The notes under the pieces: generated by a model
Told to the model about the DNA's origin: nothing
Database searches by the model: none
Seen by the model: the letters and a program-made list of their open reading frames with translations, nothing else
Shown here: positions 60,643-64,000 of the stretch, in pieces
Numbering within the stretch: the first letter of the stretch is position 1
Layout: each line of letters begins with the position of its first letter
Made by a program: the position numbers and the translations under genes
Assembly (NCBI GenBank): GCA_001003725.1
Contig: LCPR01000001.1
Location: 23,410-87,409, forward strand
Reading direction: 5' to 3'
Source of the DNA: Candidatus Saccharibacteria bacterium GW2011_GWC2_48_9
Lineage (GTDB): Bacteria > Patescibacteriota > Saccharimonadia > Saccharimonadales > Saccharimonadaceae
Length of the DNA: 64,000 nucleotides

Positions 60643-61280
60643 TATGCATCACTCCTTTCGCCCTTGTAGATCCATACTTTTACGCCGATGATACCGACAC
60701 CTGCGCACATTGCGCGTGCAGAGTGAAAATCGATGTCAGCGCGAAGTGTATGTAGTGGTACTGATCCTTCAATAGTCTTCTCTCGGCGAGCCATCTCTGC
60801 ATTATTGAGACGACCAGCAACCTCGATACGAATACCTTTGGCGCCTGCGTTGATAGTGTTCTGTGCAGACATCTTTGTAGCACGACGGAAGTTGATGCGT
60901 CGTTCGAGCTGACGTGCAATGTTCTCTGCAACGAGTTTTGCAGACAATTCAGGACGCTTCACTTCTTCGATATTGATGCGAACCGGAAGGCTTGCGATCT
61001 TTTCGAGGTTTGTCTTGAGTTCTTGCACCCCAGCGCCGCCGCGACCAATCACAACACCAGCTTTTGCGGTGTGGATTGTAACAGTGACTTGATTTGCAGA
61101 TCGCTCAATCTCGATACGGTGAATAGTTGGGCGTGAAGCGAACTTCTTCTCGATCAGCTCTCGCATACGAATATCTTCTGCGAGCCACTTGCTAAAATCA
61201 CGCTTGTTTGCGAACCAGCGAGAATCCCAGTTTTTGTGGACCTGTAGACGGAAGCTAATAGGGTTTACTTTTTGTCCCAT
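60642..61280 (-). CDS. rpsC: 30S ribosomal protein uS3
   Basis: [17 protein letters not shown]. Confidence 0.98.
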   Translation of the reverse strand: MGQKVNPISFRLQVHKNWDSRWFANKRDFSKWLAEDIRMRELIEKKFASRPTIHRIEIERSANQVTVTIHTAKAGVVIGRGGAGVQELKTNLEKIASLPVRINIEEVKRPELSAKLVAENIARQLERRINFRRATKMSAQNTINAGAKGIRIEVAGRLNNAEMARREKTIEGSVPLHTLRADIDFHSARAMCAGVGIIGVKVWIYKGERSDA

Positions 61281-61281
61281 C

Positions 61282-61701
61282 TTACTTCTCCTCTTCTTTC
61301 TTAGCTGGCTCTGCTACTGCATCGGCCTTCTTAGTTGCTGGCTTCTTCTTTGGCTTTTCGACACCAGAAACCTCTACTAAGATATGAGTAGTTTTCTTCT
61401 GGAACGGCAAAGCCATACCACGCATGTGCGGTTTGAAGCGCTTTAGTCGTGGACCAGCTGTTACACTCAGTGTGCTAATCACAAGAGACTTACCGTCGAG
61501 CCCGTGATTGTTGGTTGCGTTGGCAGCCGCAGAAGCGATTGCTTTTCGCACAGGAGTAGCCGAGCGGCGAGGCGTGTGATCAAGGATTACCATCGCATCT
61601 GCCACAGTACGGCCACGAACCAAGCTAGCAACGATACTGACTTTTCGAGGAGTCAGATCGATACCCTTGATGTATGCGCGAACTGTTAGTGTATCAGCCA
61701 T
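61282..61701 (-). CDS. rplV: 50S ribosomal protein uL22
   Basis: TPRKV, SAAANA, GPRLKR. Confidence 0.97.
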   Translation of the reverse strand: MADTLTVRAYIKGIDLTPRKVSIVASLVRGRTVADAMVILDHTPRRSATPVRKAIASAAANATNNHGLDGKSLVISTLSVTAGPRLKRFKPHMRGMALPFQKKTTHILVEVSGVEKPKKKPATKKADAVAEPAKKEEEK

Positions 61702-61967
61702 TATTTTCTGTCCTTTCCACCGTGTTTGCGGAACTTGCGTGTTGGGCTAAACTCACCGAGCTTATGGCCAACCATGTTTTCCGTAACAAACACAGGAACG
61801 TGTACGCGGCCGTTGTGTACGGCAATAGTGCGACCAACCATTTCTGGTGTGATAGTACTAGCGCGAGCCCACGTCTTGATAACGGTACGATCGTCTGCAC
61901 CAAGCGCTGCCACTTTGCGAGCGAGCTTGAAGTCGACGAATGGACCTTTCTTCAGTGATCGACTCAT
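61701..61967 (-). CDS. rpsS: 30S ribosomal protein uS19
   Basis: [21 protein letters not shown]. Confidence 0.98.
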   Translation of the reverse strand: MSRSLKKGPFVDFKLARKVAALGADDRTVIKTWARASTITPEMVGRTIAVHNGRVHVPVFVTENMVGHKLGEFSPTRKFRKHGGKDRK

Positions 61968-61970
61968 ATA

Positions 61971-62810
61971 TTACCTCTTCCTCTTCGCGTCATGGCGACT
62001 GCGGACGATTAGTTTTCCTGTATCCTTGCGACGTCGCGTACGGAAACCGAGTGTCAGTTGACCCCATGGAGTGCGTGGTGGTTTACCACTACCATGTCGT
62101 CCACCGTCACCACCACCGTGCGGGTGATCTGCGGCATTCATCACAACACCACGAACGCCTGGGCGCTTGCCCTTACGTCGGTTTCGACCAGCTGAGCCAA
62201 TCTTAACGTTTTGGTGTTGAACGTTACCTACGACACCGATCGTCGCATCACACTCTAGGCGGAAGCGACGAACTTCACCAGAAGGTAGCTTCACAAGTGC
62301 GTAGTCGCCCTCTTTGGCCATAAGTTGTGCTTTTGTACCAGCTGAGCGTACCATCTGGGCGCCTTTTCCGTGCTGGATCTCGATCGCATAGATCTGAGTA
62401 CCGACAGGAATACGTGCAAGTGGCATGCGGTTCGATGCTTCAATAGGAGCTTCTTTACCGCTGGCAATTTTCTTGCCTTTAGTCATCTGGGTGTCCGCAA
62501 GTATGTAGTGGTAGAGACCGTGCTGGTCTTTGACACGTGCAATACGAGCAGATCGGTTAGGATCGTATTCGATCTCTTCGATAGTCAACTCAAGACCTTC
62601 AGCGAGACGGTGGTCAAGCAAGCGATAGTGTCGTTTTACACCACCACCACGGTGGCGAACTGTAATACGACCCTGGTTGTTGCGACCAGCGTTTTGCTTC
62701 TTAGTCTTAACAAGACTTTTTAGCGGTTTACGCGTAGTGATTTCGCTCATATCTTGGCTAGTCATTCCGCGGCGTGCAGGAGTAGTAGGATTGTACTGCT
62801 TAATTGGCAT
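61971..62810 (-). CDS. rplB: 50S ribosomal protein uL2
   Basis: EYDPNRSA, RGVVMN..DHPHGGG. Confidence 0.98.
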   Translation of the reverse strand: MPIKQYNPTTPARRGMTSQDMSEITTRKPLKSLVKTKKQNAGRNNQGRITVRHRGGGVKRHYRLLDHRLAEGLELTIEEIEYDPNRSARIARVKDQHGLYHYILADTQMTKGKKIASGKEAPIEASNRMPLARIPVGTQIYAIEIQHGKGAQMVRSAGTKAQLMAKEGDYALVKLPSGEVRRFRLECDATIGVVGNVQHQNVKIGSAGRNRRKGKRPGVRGVVMNAADHPHGGGDGGRHGSGKPPRTPWGQLTLGFRTRRRKDTGKLIVRSRHDAKRKR

Positions 62811-63130
62811 TACTTCTTCTCCTCTGTTTCTGCCGGCTGGTCAAAGACTTGGATAGAGCTGCCTTCAGCAAGCTTTACGTAGGCCTTCTTTGAATCTTTA
62901 CGCTTAGTGGTGCCGGGATAGCGGTTTTTGCCTCGTGAGAAGCGCACTGCCTTGCCCTGCTGTACTAGTGTTTTGATGCCAGCGACCTTTACTTCGAATT
63001 GCGCTTCTACGGCAGCAATGATTTGCTGTTTGTTCGCAGTAAGCGGTACATCGAAGATGTAGGTATTCTTATCTGTAATTTGTGTATACGCCTTTTCAGT
63101 TGGGCGTGGGATAACGCTAATGAGTGTCAT
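62810..63130 (-). CDS. rplW: 50S ribosomal protein uL23
   Basis: PTEKA, ANKQQI, KKAYV. Confidence 0.95.
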   Translation of the reverse strand: MTLISVIPRPTEKAYTQITDKNTYIFDVPLTANKQQIIAAVEAQFEVKVAGIKTLVQQGKAVRFSRGKNRYPGTTKRKDSKKAYVKLAEGSSIQVFDQPAETEEKK

Positions 63131-63744
63131 TATGCCTCTCCTCCGTTAGTCAACCAAGTTTGAATGACAGGCAACGCCTTTGCACTGATAAGGATATGAT
63201 CTGCGTTAAGCACATCAAATACATTCAGGAAAGTCGGGCTTACCAAACGAATTTGTTGAATATTACCCGTCGCTCGGATAATCTCTGGTGTCTTTTCGGT
63301 CACCACGAGTACTTTACGATCGAGTTTTTTATCTGCCAAGAATTTTACGACTTCCGCTGTCTTGCCTGTAGTCTTAATGTCATCAATGACAATCTTGTTT
63401 GCTTGGCTAGCGAGCGTCAGCGCTTGCTTGACTGCAACACGTTTTGAGGTTTTTGACAGCCTCTTCGTGTAATTTTCGTTGCCACGTGGACCAAATACGA
63501 TACCACCAGTACGCCAGATAGGGTTTCGTGTCGAACCAAATCGTGCACGTCCAGTACCTTTTTGCTTCCATGGCTTTTTACCACCACCACGTACTTCACC
63601 ACGAGTTTTCGTAGTTGCACTTGCTAGGCGGTTGTTTGCTAGATACGAATCGTATGCTAGCTTCAGTAGTTCGTGGCTAGGCACTTCTACAGCGAAGACT
63701 TCACTAGGAAGAGTCGTCTTCTTTGTTGTCGTTGACTCAGCCAT
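63130..63744 (-). CDS. rplD: 50S ribosomal protein uL4
   Basis: TRGEVRGGGKKPWKQKGTGRAR. Confidence 0.98.
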   Translation of the reverse strand: MAESTTTKKTTLPSEVFAVEVPSHELLKLAYDSYLANNRLASATTKTRGEVRGGGKKPWKQKGTGRARFGSTRNPIWRTGGIVFGPRGNENYTKRLSKTSKRVAVKQALTLASQANKIVIDDIKTTGKTAEVVKFLADKKLDRKVLVVTEKTPEIIRATGNIQQIRLVSPTFLNVFDVLNADHILISAKALPVIQTWLTNGGEA

Positions 63745-64000
63745 TATGCCTTACCTCCGATTACTACTAGGCCCTTGCGTGGTCCTGGCACAGCGCCTTT
63801 AAGACCAATCAAGTTTGTCTCCGCGTCGATGTACGCGACTGCGAGGTTCTTGACTGTCACTTGGTCGTGGCCCATTTGCCCCGCCATGCGCTTGCCTTTG
63901 AATACCTTCTGTGGATACATGGATCCGATTGATCCAGGCTTACGGACGTTGCCGTTTCCACCGTGAGAGCTTTTGCTTGTATTAAAGTTATGACGTTTTA
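63744..64000 (-). CDS. rplC: 50S ribosomal protein uL3, C-terminal part (truncated by window)
   Basis: Manual translation ..RKPGSIG..KVFKGKRMAGQMG..KGAVPG. Confidence 0.97.
   Translation of the reverse strand, partial: KRHNFNTSKSSHGGNGNVRKPGSIGSMYPQKVFKGKRMAGQMGHDQVTVKNLAVAYIDAETNLIGLKGAVPGPRKGLVVIGGKA

Overview
A 64 kb core-genome segment that looks like Saccharibacteria (TM7, CPR). The inference rests on no rpmD between rpsE and rplO, no rpoB after rplL, no adk/map after secY, and TGA used as a stop. It holds most of the S10-spc-alpha ribosomal superoperon (rplC partial to rpsI), nusG/secE/rplK/rplA/rplJL, dnaX/dnaB/recR, cysS, trpS and tgt. It also has a dTTP cluster (dcd, thyA, folA, tmk), a GT4-GH57-GH15 alpha-glucan cluster, a two-component/ABC operon and four tRNAs. 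No CRISPR, IS or prophage was seen. Top candidate for a new system: a GNAT gene at the head of a GNAT-aspartoacylase-trpS operon, split across two frames at a prfB-like cassette (SD-like CGAGGA, 3 nt, CUU-UGG-C) whose A-site codon is Trp rather than UGA. This suggests Trp-tRNA-sensing +1 frameshifting. Other points: a P-type ATPase with its ion-binding and phosphatase motifs eroded, many predicted leaderless mRNAs, loss of structural zinc sites, and foreign ORFs inside the spc operon. Caveat: an Illumina adapter fragment at 31603-31624 and several short apparent deletions show the assembly has local errors, so every frameshift needs read-level checking.
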